From positions 1,255,141-1,311,610 of the forward strand of contig NC_057751.1 of assembly GCF_004010195.1 (NCBI RefSeq): 56,470 nucleotides of DNA. Reading direction: 5' to 3'. Below, piece after piece: positions 11,133 to 23,927 of the stretch. Source of the stretch: Chiloscyllium plagiosum (taxonomy: Eukaryota). The stretch's first letter is position 1, and every line of letters begins with the position of its first letter. The position numbers and the translations under genes are program-made. A model generated the notes under the pieces. The model searched no databases. It saw only the letters and a program-made list of their open reading frames with translations, and was not told the DNA's origin.

Positions 11133-14100
11133 CTGCAGGAACAGACACAAACAGTGCCAATGAGAACAAGACAGAACCTGCAACTCCACAAACTCAGACT
11201 GATCCCCTGCTGGATTCATGACCATTCCACCATTCCTGTCCTTCCTTCATCAGTTCAAACCCCCAACGTCTGGGGACTGTCCCACAGATTAACAAGGAAT
11301 GGCTAGCAGCTGGAACTAGGAGGGGATAGTATGGGATGGGTCAGTCTCACTCTGTCCCCCACATTCTCAGTGACAGCGATGGGCCCCGGTTTAATAGCGC
11401 CTTTTAGCAGGTCTCCATATTTCTCTAATAGTGAAACTGCTGCTTTTCATGATGAACAGCCTGAAAGGTGCTGCCTGAAATGAAAGGTTTTTTTGGGGAG
11501 ATATTTCTCCCGAGGTATGTATAATTCGGCCTGCGGTTAGGCTCCATATTGACTGGTTAGCCTGGGGGTTGTGTCAGATCTCCCCGCTGGGCTCTTTGTC
11601 CCTCTCGGAGTGCACACTGTGCTGCCCTCTCAGTGTCTCATTTCTATCCTTAATCCTGGCTGACCTGTGACTGTGATCTCCAGTGGGTGCAGTGCAGGGT
11701 CAGGACAGCAGGTGTATGTGTGTATATACCTGGCCCTGTCACTCTGATCATCACTTCCTGCAGTCAGCAACCAGGCTTGTACACAGACGACCTGCCTGCC
11801 TGTCATGTGGACTGGGGGCAGACCAGACTGGAGGTCAAGATAAACTAGATAAGTGCAAGCTCTCTCTTTGTCAAAGAGAGTCCTTTGTGATGGGAGGTTC
11901 TGGATATCATGAGTTGGCCTCGATCTGATCACTCGATCACCAGGGGGTCAGCAAGGCTGTGCTGGGAGGAGGTTTCAGGCCGGAGGGGGTGAGGGGGGTT
12001 TATTTATGCACCAGTTGGGAAGCAGATCTTCCTGAGGTCAGGAGGTGGCTCCTGTTTACTCAGTTGTTCCGCAGAACCTGTCTCCCCTTCCAACAGAGTG
12101 CTCACAACTGTCCCAGACAGACCCTGGAGTAAGAATTCCTCACAGCTCCAGTATGAGAGAGAAACAGGGCACCAGGGAAGTTCAAATCCCATCTACCCAC
12201 TACGTCTCGCAACCTCACAGCTTCAGGCCAACCAGGTATGTCTCTGGGTCTTGGACGCACAGCAGGATCCCAAACAACAGCAAGGTAACAGTCACCTGAT
12301 CACCCACACTTGTCTCAGTGACTGGGGAGGAACAGCCAGCCTGAAACCCACAGCCAGAGGAGGTGTGAGGGCAGAGGGTTAACAACACACGGCATTCCCA
12401 CACTCCTGGCATAGGACATCAGACCGACACTGGGGGCGGGGGGGGGGGGGAGACAGACAGACAGAGAGAGGAGGGGACAGGATGTGACTGAAGGAGATTG
12501 AGTGGTGTTGACAGGATTGTGCTGCTCCTCTGCTACAAAGAGTGTGGATTACAGTTAATGTCCTCTCCATCGTGACGTTTTTCACCAGCTTGCATCCTGG
12601 TGCTGAAGTAAATAAAACATGTAAAAAGGCAAGAGAGATGTGAACACCAAAACCAAGGAATAAGTGAAAACCCGTGAATGATGGCTGGACTGGTAATGTG
12701 TGACGGCTGCAGCATGTGGGAGCTCCTGGGTGCCAGTTCCATGGGGCTCTGAGTCATGGGTCTGCTTGAGGTCTCTTTGGTGAACAAAGGATCAAACTAC
12801 ATTGGGAGCAATTCCCAGGAGATTTTTCCTGCCTTCTCAGTGAAGGATGGACAGACTGGCTGTGTTAGCACTCGAGGTGACTCAACGGAATTGTCTAAGA
12901 TCCTGAAGGAGTTTAACAGGCTGGACCCAGGAATGAGGGTCAGTCCAGAATGCAGGAAACACGGGTTTCAAAGTTGGCCTTGCCCATTGAGAACAGACAT
13001 GAACGAGGGGGTTTTGTCTCTCCACCCAGAGGGGGTCAGCATGTTTGGAAATCTCTGCCTCTGGAGCTGAGAGAGCTCGAGCTCATTGCGTATTTTTAAG
13101 AGAGCGGTGGTTAGATTCTCAGGAATTGATGAGAACATGCCCTTTGAATCTCCAGCCTTGTGCTTGGTAGAGCACAGCAGAACAGGCCCAAGTGGAATGG
13201 CCTATTCTGGGTCCTAATCGACAGGCTTGTATCTGCCTCACTGTGTCCAGGAAACGCAGGCAGCAGGCACTGAGGTGCTGTCTCCATGTACAACTCAGAC
13301 AGCACAGGGGAGGCTGGAGGTCACTGCATGGGTTACTCTGTCTGCCTCAGCATAGAGCTGAATGTTTCACAGCTGCCAACAGGCCAGTCTCACTCCCTTT
13401 CCCCTCTCACTTCCTGTCACGCATTGTCAAAGTTGATCAGAAACAGGGCACCCTTTAAAAGCCAGGCTCAACGTCCCCTTAAAGACCACTTTCAATGACT
13501 TTCAATTAAATTTAACGACCACACATTCAAGCGGACTTCCCCCTCTGGATTTATACTTTATTATTCTGTGACAGCTGGGAACTAAAGCTCTGGGATATTT
13601 AATGGAGTGATTGTGAGGGAGCTGGGTTAACATCAGTCGAAATACAGACAGTAACACAGGGAACTGCGGGGAGCGGGGTTACTGAGTGACAGTGTGAGGG
13701 AGCTGGGTTAACATCGGCTCAGGTACAGATTGGAAAAGTTAAAAAGACCATCTCGAAGGGTGAAAAGCAACAAAGAATATTATTGTCTGTCACTGGATGA
13801 CAATCTGATGATATTTTCAAACAATGACTAAAGTGGTTAAGTATTTCAGCTGCTGGAAGGCATTTGCAAATGAAGTTGAGATAGTGCTGTTGATATACGA
13901 GTTGTTTATCTCTGACAGAACCAGGAGAAGGCGACATGTTGAAGGAGTAGGCCTGAGTAGCTAGGCCAGGCCTGTGTGCTGGCTCTGACTGACTGACTGT
14001 TTCACAATCAGCAGCATGTGTCCTCCCACACGTCAAGGAACGATAGAAAACAATTGGAAACATTTTTTTAGGTGAAAGTTTAACGTAAAGCAGCTGCTTA

Positions 14101-14815
14101 CAAAGTGAAGTCACACACAGAAGAGCTGCAGCCCGCACTGGCACAATGTAACACTGTTCTGAAGACTTCACAACACAATCAGGCCATTCAGCCCCTTCAA
14201 GCCCCTCTGTCAGAATGGGGAGCAGGGCTTGAGGCCCACTTGAAGAATGCTGGAGGTCTTGACTGATCTGTAGCTGTCTGGTAACTTCCTGCCTTTGCTG
14301 TATGTTCTGAGGAGAGAGTTGTCAATGCCTGTGTGAATGTGAACAATGCGGCCTGTCCCGAGTTCACAGCATTGTGCTTCTTGCTGAATAACCTAGCTCC
14401 AAGGTTGAGGCCCTGTGTGACCAGATGGACCTCAGACACTGTCTGAAGTTGCAGCTTGAGGCCAGGGGCCTACAGTGCCCCACAGGTGGCTATTTCCCTC
14501 TTTAGGGGAATGTGAATGAAACCACAGACCGGGAGGGGTTTGCAGGCATGAGGGTAACAGCCAGCGGTGTGATCCAAAATCCCGTCACCCAAACACAGGA
14601 CCCTGTGCCACTCTGAGGCACACAGCCTCCCTGTGGGCCCAGTGATGGAGAAAGACGAGGCAGTGTTGGGGAGAGATTGCTGAGCTCTGGGACAGCGGCT
14701 CTCTCTCTGGAAGAGCTCCCTGACAAATCGCCAACTTCACTATGCCCAGTGACCGGCAGAGGGCATAGCACCCGTCCAGCTTGTCCCCTCAGCTCCACCT
14801 CAGAGGAAGCTGAAG

Positions 14816-16190
14816 CCCGTCCACTGACACACTCATTCGTTTGGCCGAACTGGTCCTCACCCTTAACAATTTCTCCTTTGAATCCTCCTACTTCCTCCAG
14901 ACCAAAGGGGTAGCCATGGGCACACGTATGGGCCTCAGCTATGCCTGTCTCTTTGTTGGCTACGTAGAGCAGTTGATCTTCCGTAATTACACCGGCACCA
15001 CTCCCCACCTCTTCCTCCGCTACATTGATGACTGCATTGGCGCCACCTAGTGCTCCCGCGAGGAGGTTGAGCAATTCATCAACTTCACCAACACATTCCA
15101 CCCTGACCTTAAATTCACCTGGACCATCTCTGACACTTCCCTCCCCTTCCTGGACCTCTCCAACTCCATNNNNNNNNNNNNNNNNNNNNNNNNNNNNNNN
15201 NNNNNNNNNNNNNNNNNNNNNNNNNNNNNNNNNNNNNNNNNNNNNNNNNNNNNNNNNNNNNNNNNNNNNNNNNNNNNNNNNNNNNNNNNNNNNNNNNNNN
15301 NNNNNNNNNNNNNNNNNNNNNNNNNNNNNNNNNNNNNNNNNNNNNNNNNNNNNNNNNNNNNNNNNNNNNNNNNNNNNNNNNNNNNNNNNNNNNNNNNNNN
15401 NNNNNNNNNNNNNNNNNNNNNNNNNNNNNNNNNNNNNNNNNNNNNNNNNNNNNNNNNNNNNNNNNNNNNNNNNNNNNNNNNNNNNNNNNNNNNNNNNNNN
15501 NNNNNNNNNNNNNNNNNNNNNNNNNNNNNNNNNNNNNNNNNNNNNNNNNNNNNNNNNNNNNNNNNNNNNNNNNNNNNNNNNNNNNNNNNNNNNNNNNNNN
15601 NNNNNNNNNNNNNNNNNNNNNNNNNNNNNNNNNNNNNNNNNNNNNNNNNNNNNNNNNNNNNNNNNNNNNNNNNNNNNNNNNNNNNNNNNNNNNNNNNNNN
15701 NNNNNNNNNNNNNNNNNNNNNNNNNNNNNNNNNNNNNNNNNNNNNNNNNNNNNNNNNNNNNNNNNNNNNNNNNNNNNNNNNNNNNNNNNNNNNNNNNNNN
15801 NNNNNNNNNNNNNNNNNNNNNNNNNNNNNNNNNNNNNNNNNNNNNNNNNNNNNNNNNNNNNNNNNNNNNNNNNNNNNNNNNNNNNNNNNNNNNNNNNNNN
15901 NNNNNNNNNNNNNNNNNNNNNNNNNNNNNNNNNNNNNNNNNNNNNNNNNNNNNNNNNNNNNNNNNNNNNNNNNNNNNNNNNNNNNNNNNNNNNNNNNNNN
16001 NNNNNNNNNNNNACTCACCTATTGTACTCTATGCTACTTTCTCCCCACCCCCACCCCCACCCTCCTCTAGCTTATCTTTCCACGCTCCAGGCTCACTGCC
16101 TTTATTCCTGATGAAGGGCTTTTGCCTGAAACGTCGATTTCGCTGCTCCTTGGATGCTGCCTGCTCTTCCAGCACCACTAACCCAGAAGC
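14816..16190 (+). mobile_element. Penelope-like retroelement: RT fragment, gap, then 3' pLTR region with hammerhead motif
   Basis: Encodes LAELVLTLNNFSFESSYFLQTKGVAMGTRMGLSYACLFVGYVEQ...FLRYIDDCIG (Penelope RT GxAMG and YIDD motifs) with an in-frame TAG at 15048-15050, then HPDLKFT...LPFLDL. After the 843-N gap comes a pLTR-like end with CTGATGA-A-GGGC-TTTT-GCCT-GAAA-CGTC (16108-16135). Confidence 0.88.
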
Positions 16191-16439
16191 CTATCTCAGT
16201 CTCACTAGCTTTCCTGGTGGTTTTATGGGCAAAGCAGAAATGTTGTAGTGTTGTTGGCATATCCCGGGGTGGCCTGAGGTCAATGGTGCAGCATTCTACA
16301 CTGGCTACTACCTGACACTGGCCAGTGGTACTTCCTGCGGCCTTCCTGCTGAATCACTGAGGACTGGACTTCCACCCGGGGTACAGCCTGCAGCACTGGG
16401 GGCTCCTGTACTACAACCAACACACACACACACACACAC

Positions 16440-17535
16440 TGACTGGATTTTCAGAAGGTTTTCCACAGACTCCCAAATTAGAAATGAATGTGAAAATGAA
16501 ATCCCAGGGGATTGGGACTCATGTCTGGAGATCGATAGGACACTGGTTATCAGACAGGAAACACAGAACAGGGATAAATGGGTCTGTTTCTGAATGGCAG
16601 GCAGTTAGTATTGGGCTACTGCAGGGCTCAGTGCTTGGACCCCAGCTACTCACAATATATACTGATGGTTTAGATGAGGGAACAAGATGTGATCAATGAA
16701 AACTTGCAGATGGGGAGGTGAGCTGTGAGGCGGATGCAGAGATGCTGCAGTGTGATGTGGTCAGGTTGGGTGAGTGCACCAATGCATGGCAGATGTAGTT
16801 TAATGAGGAAAACTGTGAGGCTATCTATTGGGTTCGGAATAGTATGAAGACAGATTATCATTTGAATGGCTGTAAACTGAGAGAGGGGAATGTTTAGCGA
16901 GCCCGGGGTACTCCAGTCTCTGAAAGGGAGTGTGCATGTACAGTGGGCAGTGAAGATGCCAAACTGCACATGGGCCTTTGATAGTGAGAGGGTTTGAGTC
17001 GTGCAACAGGAATGTCTGGCTGCACTTGGCGAGGCTACTCCTGAAATACTGTGTGGGGTTTTGGTCTCAGTCTCTGAGGAAGGATGTTCTGGTGATGGAG
17101 GGAGTGCAGCTGAGGTTTATTAAATGGATTCTTGGGATGGCGGGACTGAGATTGGGTCTGTTAGGACTGAACGTACTATGGTTCAGAGGAAGTTGAGAGG
17201 AGGGATCACGCAGAAAGCTGATACAATCTTAACAGGACGAAGCAGGTTAAATACAACAAGGTTATGCCTAATGGTGGGGGGAGGAAAGAACTGGGGCATA
17301 GTTTCAGGTCAAGGGGTCAACCACTTCGGACTGAGATGCGGAGAAATGTCTTCAACCAGAGAGTGGTGAGCCTGTGGGATTCACAGCCACAGAATGTGGT
17401 TGAGACCAAAACACGCTGCCTTTCCAAGGAGTAGGCAGATGTGGGAGCAGGGTAGGATGAAGGTATCTGGCTCAGTAATCAATCATGACCATATTGAATG
17501 GCACAACAGACTCATGGGTTCAAATGGCCTACTCC
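16440..17535 (+). mobile_element. Degenerate CR1-clade LINE RT fragment
   Basis: Contains WLSDRKHRTGING and QGSVLGPQLLTIY remnants with many frameshifts, and a 3' aatggcctactcct tail. Confidence 0.8.
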
Positions 17536-17789
17536 TGTCCCCTGTGGTTGTACACAGTCCCACAGGTGACACGAGCCAATATACTGACAAAGATAAACAC
17601 ACACACTCACTCCTGTTAACAGTCACAGAGATACACACACAGCCCCTCTGATACAGAGACAAAAATACACACACCAATCTTGGCAGTAATACACACACAC
17701 AAATGTAGAAAGATACCAAGAAACACCAAAAAGTACCCAAAACGTAGACACAGAGAACGTAACAAGACCACAGACATGTGTAAAGCAAC

Positions 17790-20700
17790 AATAGAGTAAT
17801 GGCAGCGCAGGCAGTGGAATGTTCCTCCTGCAGGATGTTTGAGGGAGGGGTGACCACCGATGCTCCTGCTGACTTCACCTGCAGGAAGTGCAGCCAGCTC
17901 CAGCTCCTCACAGACCGAGTTAGGGAACTGGAGCTGGAGTTGGATGAACTGAGGATTATTCGAGAGGCTGAGAGGGTGATAGATAGAAGCTACAGGGACA
18001 TAGTTACGCCAGAGAACAGAGGTAGCTGGGTAACAGTTAGAGGTGGGAATGGGAGGAAGCAGGCAGTGCAGGGATCCCCTGTGGTCGTTCCTCTCAACAA
18101 TAAATATATCGCTTTGGATACTGTTGGGGGGACCACCTAGCAGGGGTAAGCTGCAGTGACCGGGTCTCTGGCATGAGGTCCGGCTCTATAGTTAGAGGGA
18201 CAGACAGGCAGTTCTGTGGACATGGGCGAGACTCTCGGATGGTTTGTTGCCTCCCGGGTGCCAGGGTCCGAGACGTCTCGGACCGTGTCTTCAGAATCCT
18301 TAAGGGGGAGGGTGTGCAGCCAGAAGTCGTGGTGCACGTTGGCACCAACGACATAGGTAGGAAGAGAGGTGGGGAGATCATTCAAGAGCTCAGGGAGTTA
18401 GGCTGGAAGCTAAAAGCTAGGACAGACAGAATCGTCATCTCTGGGTTGTTGCCGGTGCCACATGACAGTGAGGCAAGGAATAGNNNNNNNNNNNNNNNNN
18501 NNNNNNNNNNNNNNNNNNNNNNNNNNNNNNNNNNNNNNNNNNNNNNNNNNNNNNNNNNNNNNNNNNNNNNNNNNNNNNNNNNNNNNNNNNNNNNNNNNNN
18601 NNNNNNNNNNNNNNNNNNNNNNNNNNNNNNNNNNNNNNNNNNNNNNNNNNNNNNNNNNNNNNNNNNNNNNNNNNNNNNNNNNNNNNNNNNNNNNNNNNNN
18701 NNNNNNNNNNNNNNNNNNNNNNNNNNNNNNNNNNNNNNNNNNNNNNNNNNNNNNNNNNNNNNNNNNNNNNNNNNNNNNNNNNNNNNNNNNNNNNNNNNNN
18801 NNNNNNNNNNNNNNNNNNNNNNNNNNNNNNNNNNNNNNNNNNNNNNNNNNNNNNNNNNNNNNNNNNNNNNNNNNNNNNNNNNNNNNNNNNNNNNNNNNNN
18901 NNNNNNNNNNNNNNNNNNNNNNNNNNNNNNNNNNNNNNNNNNNNNNNNNNNNNNNNNNNNNNNNNNNNNNNNNNNNNNNNNNNNNNNNNNNNNNNNNNNN
19001 NNNNNNNNNNNNNNNNNNNNNNNNNNNNNNNNNNNNNNNNNNNNNNNNNNNNNNNNNNNNNNNNNNNNNNNNNNNNNNNNNNNNNNNNNNNNNNNNNNNN
19101 NNNNNNNNNNNNNNNNNNNNNNNNNNNNNNNNNNNNNNNNNNNNNNNNNNNNNNNNNNNNNNNNNNNNNNNNNNNNNNNNNNNNNNNNNNNNNNNNNNNN
19201 NNNNNNNNNNNNNNNNNNNNNNNNNNNNNNNNNNNNNNNNNNNNNNNNNNNNNNNNNNNNNNNNNNNNNNNNNNNNNNNNNNNNNNNNNNNNNAAGGATG
19301 TCGTTGAAATGTGGAACTTTTTCAAGGAACAGATATGATGTGTCCTTGATATGTATGTACCGGTCAGGCAGGAAAGAAATGGTCGTGTGAGGGAACCTTG
19401 GTTGACGAGGGAGGTTGAATATCTTGTAAAGAGGAAGAAGGAGGCTTACATAAGGTTGCGGAAACAAGGATCAGACAGAGTGTTGAAGGGATACAGGATA
19501 GCCAGGAGGGAGCTGAAGAAAGGGATTAGGAGAGCTAAGAGAGGGCATGAAAAATCTTTTGGCAGGTAGGATCAAGGATAACCCCAAGGCCTTTTATGCG
19601 TATGTGAGAAACATGAGAATGACGAGAACGAGGGTAGGTCCGATCAAGGACAGTAGTGGGAGACTGTGTATTGAGTCGGAAGAGATAGGAGAGGTCTTGA
19701 ATGAGTACTTTTCTTGAGTATTTACAAATGAGAGGGACCGTATTGTTGAAGAGGAGAGTGTGAAACGGACTGGTAAGCTAGAGGAGATACTTGTTAGGAA
19801 GGAAGACGTGTTCGACATTTTGAAAAACTTGAGGATAGACAAGTCCCCCAGGCCTGTCAGGATATTAGATTAGATTAGATTACTTACAGTGTGGAAACAG
19901 GCCCTTCGGCCCAACAAGTCCACACCAACCCGCCGAAGCGCAACCCACCCAGACCCATTCCCCTACATTTACCCCTTCACCTGAAACTACGGGCAATTTA
20001 GCATGGCCAATTCACCTGACCTGCACATCTTTGGACTGTGGGAGGAAACCGGAGCACCAGGAGGAAACTCATGCAGACACGGGGAGAATGCGCAAACTCC
20101 ACACAGAGAGTCGCCTGAGGTGGGAATTGAACCCGGGTCTCTGGCGCTGTGAGGCAGCAGTGCTAACCACTGTGCCACCGTGCCACCCAGGATGCTAGGA
20201 TTATGTGGGAAGCAAGAGAGGAAATTGTAGAGCCACTGGCAATGATCTTTTCGTCTTCACTGTCAATGGGAGTGGTACCAGGGGACTGGAGAGTGGCGAA
20301 TGTTGTGCCCCTGTTCAAAAAAGGGAATAGGGATAACCCCAGAATTACAGGCCAGTTAGTCTTACTTCGGTGGTAGGCAAAGTAATGGAAAGGGTACTGA
20401 GGGATAGGATTTATGAGTATCTGGAAAGACACTGCTTGATTCGGGACAGCCAGCACGGATTTGTGAGGGGTAGGTCTTGCCTTACAAGTCTTATTGAATT
20501 GTTTGAGGAGGTGACCAAGCATGTGGATGAGGGTAGAGCAGTGGATGTAGTACACATGGATTTGCTGAGTTGTGGCAGATGGAGTTCAACCCTGCCAAGT
20601 GTGAGGTTGTCCATTTTGGAAAGACAAATAAGAATGCGGAATACAGGGTTAACAGTAGGGTTCTTAGTGAGGAGGGCTGTTGTCGGCTGCAAAGGGACTT

Positions 20701-21510
20701 GGACATGATGCAGAGCTGGGCTGAGTTGTGGCAGATGGAGTTCAACCCTGCCAAGTGTGAGGTTGTCCATTTTGGAAAGACAAATAAGAATGCGGAATAC
20801 AGGGTTAACGGTAGGGTTCTTAGTGAGGTGGAGGAGCAGAGGGATCTTGGGGTCTTATGTTCATAGATCTTTGAAAGTTGCTACTCAGGTGGATAGAGCT
20901 TGTAAGAAGGTCTATGGTGTATTAGCGTTCATTAGCAGAGGGATTCACTTCAAGAGTCGTGAAGTGATGTTGCAACTGTACAGGACTTTGGTTGGGCCAC
21001 ATTTGGAGTACTGTGTGCATTTCTGGTCGCCTCACTTTAGGAAAGGTGTGGAAGCTTTGGAGAGGGTGCAGGGAAGATTTACCAGGATGTTGCCTGGAAT
21101 GGAGAATAGGTCGTACGAGGATAGGTTGAGAGTGCTAGGCCTTTTCTCATTGGAACGGCGAAGGATGAGGGGTGACTTGATAGAGGTTTATAAGATGATC
21201 AGGGGAATAGATAGAGTAGACAGTCAGAGACTTTTTCCCCGGGTACAACAGAGTGTTACAAGGGGACATAAATTTAAGGTGAGGGGTGGAAGGTATAGGG
21301 GATTAGTCAGGGGTGGGTTCTTTACCCAGAGAGTGGTGGGGGCATGGAATGCGCTGCCCGTGGGAGTGGCAAAGTCAGAATCATTGGTGACCTTTAAGCG
21401 GCAATTGGATAGGTACATGGATGGGTGCTTAAGCTAGGACAAATGTTTGGCACAGCATCGTGGGCCGAAGGGCCTGTTCTGTGCTGTATTGTTCTATGTT
21501 CTATGTTCTA
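17790..21510 (+). mobile_element. Near full-length but rearranged CR1/HER1-type LINE (ORF1 zinc finger, leucine zipper and esterase; ORF2 RT remnants; 3' tail)
   Basis: ORF1 reads MAAQAVECSSCRMF...FTCRKCSQLQLLTDRVRELELELDELR, then CLPGARVRDV and VHVGTNDIG. ORF2 remnants include SQHGFVRGRSCLTSLIE, WQMEFNPAKCEVVHFG and LFSLERRRMRGDLIEVYK. It ends in (ttctatg)n at about 21491-21510. Confidence 0.93.
19866..20188 (-). mobile_element. Full-length HE1-like tRNA-derived SINE nested in the CR1 ORF2
   Basis: The - strand starts gggtggcacggtggcacagtggttagcactgctgcctcacagcgccagagacccgggttcaattccc (A and B boxes). It ends gggccgaagggcctgtttccacactgtaagt(aatct)n. Confidence 0.92.
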
Positions 21511-23189
21511 CACCACTGCACACACAAATATACAGGCAGTAAGAAAACACCAATACACACACAGAATCACTCACCTAGGAACAAGGTGAGGCCAATCAGC
21601 CCCTCTACAATCTGATGGTTCTAGCTTGTTAAGTGGTCTCGAGCCCCCGATATTGTCTGACAGTGTTGTTGACAGAGAGTTTAACTCGGTTTTACACAGC
21701 TCTTTGGGGGAAGGTCGCTCCACACCTGAACATGTTTTATCAACAAACCTCCCTGGTTTGTTCACCTGTATCCCCAGGTTCTCCTGCTCACCATCAGATG
21801 GAGCCCAGTGCTCATCCCTCAGAATATAACATGTGACTCCTGTCCACTGTCACAAATCTCAGCAGCAAGCTGTCAGTCACATGGCTCAGGGGCAGGATGA
21901 AGCTGCACAGACCCTGGGGAGGGGTGGGTGGGGAAGAGTGGGCAGGGTGACCCTGGGGCCTTTATTCTGAGGCATGGGATCGCTGTGGGGGCTGTTTCAG
22001 GAGATCCATTAGAATCTGAGCTGCCAGCTCCTGGGGCCTGTGGGTGGGTGAGACCTGGGGTCTTGGGACTGGCTGTCAGCCAGACCAGGCCAGCCCTCTG
22101 TCCCCTGGGCATCAGCTCACTCACCACTGTCTCATACAACAACAACAATAACCTGCATTTATATAGCCCCATCCAGTGGAAAACCCAGGCTGGACTGCCC
22201 CAGTGGTGAGGAAGATAGAGAGAGAAAGTGTGCAGGAGAGTGATGTGAAGAGGGAGAGGGAGACAGTGAACACTCCCCACGGCTGACAGTCTGTCCATCA
22301 CGTGGGTGTGGGTGAGAGAATTCCCTGGAGATTCCGGGGGAAGCAACAGAGGGAATGCAGGGAGGTAATACTGTGGAGCACCACTCTGGCCGAACACAGG
22401 AAGAGCGATCCTAGTGGAGAGAGAGATGGAAGTGTTTGCTCGGAGAGTGGGGAGTAGTGCTGTCACCTGCCTCTTGCTTGTTGTGGTGATAGTTCCTGTT
22501 TGTGGGACAGTCTGACTGCAGGAAGGAGGTCCCAGTGAAATGTCTTCTGTGGTTGTTGCCTCCCTTGGTGTATCAGGCAAGATGCCACCTCAAACAGACA
22601 CACGTCTCAGCTCCAGGCTCACCACCAATCACTTCCATCTGCAGCAGGCATTGCACTGCCATTTCTGTTCACAAACACACCCAGAGCACGCTGGGAAAGC
22701 AGGCACTGGGGTCTTGGGTGATAGGGGCCTGCTCACTGTACATGCTCACTGTACCATTCCTGTGCTGCTGGTGGCTTACAGGGGTCAGGAGGCCTCTCTC
22801 CCCAGCACTGGGAGATCTCCTTCACTTCCACAGCAAGAGGGAGACAGAGAGAGAGAGAGAGAGAGAGAGCGAGAATCGACTTCAGAGGGCTGTGCTCAGG
22901 TCAGCTCAGACAGTGACAGGGTCTATGCCTGTGTGCCTTTCACTCAGCCTGTCCACTTCACCACAGCCATTTCACAGTGGCACACCTCTCTCCTCACTGC
23001 CCTCTGTCACCTCTTCCCTTCTCTCATTCCAATCTGGATTCTCCCTTTGATTGCAGATGACCACTTTGTGAGCTCTCCAAAGCACATCATTCCCCACATC
23101 TTTTATAATCACGGTACTCTTTTAAAGTTCAGTTCCAAGAATTAGAGTTATAAAAATCTCTCTCTATACCTTCTCTGTAGCCTTGGCAC

Positions 23190-23415
23190 TGTAGAACATC
23201 GAACTGTACAGCACAGAAACAGGCCCTTCAGCCCACAATGCTGTGCTGAACATGACACCAAATGAAATTAATCCCTTCTGCCTGCCCTAGGTCCATATCC
23301 CTCCATTCCTTGCATATTCATGTGCTTATCTAAAAGCCCCTTAAAAATCCCGATTACATCTGTCTTCACCACCAGCTCTGGCACCACGTTCCACACTCCT
23401 TGCACTCTCTGTAAA
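23190..23415 (-). mobile_element. CR1 LINE 3' end fragment
   Basis: acagcacagaaacaggcccttcagcccaca is the reverse complement of the CR1 tail seen at about 21460-21490. Confidence 0.75.
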
Positions 23416-23927
23416 AGCACTGCTTCTGACATCTCCTGCACTACACTCTGCTTTCTGTTCTATCAGCCTGGACATACTTGTGTAAAGTATGATTTCTCTG
23501 GTTAGCACACAACACAATGCTTTTCACTGACTCTCAGAACATGAGACAAGAATAAATCAAATCCAAGCAGGATTTCAGCACGGAGTAAATTCCTGATCTC
23601 CCCAGTGTGTCCTCACACTGCTGTTCACTTCCTAGAGTGAGACACCATTCCGTACAATTTCCTCACTGCTCAATCCCAAGACCTGCAATGGACACAAATC
23701 TGTGTGTGACCTACCATGTGGAAACCATTTCTCCCTCTTCAGGGGGCATTCTGCCAGTAATTACCCCAACCCTCTCAGTTCAGGCTCACAGTCAAAACCC
23801 ACTTCTGCATCCATTCCCACATTTCACACTCATCCTGACCAAAGCTCTGAAAAACCCGTTCCACATTTTATTATCCAGCTGAGTCAGCATTGCCTCGAGA
23901 GCCCTGCCTCCCTCTCACATACATTCC

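Larger units (their letters stand above)
10063..11381. repeat. Local tandem duplication (~410 bp, copies starting at 10063 and 10972) containing an ADGRA2 LRR exon
   Basis: The two copies differ at about 7 positions that I could count. The ORF track shows near-identical antisense ORFs at 10083 and 10992. Confidence 0.93.

Noticed and set aside
10083..11306. Two near-identical 104-aa + strand ORFs as a duplicated small gene
   Set aside because: They are antisense shadows of the duplicated segment; the recognisable coding signal is the 72-bp LRR exon on -.
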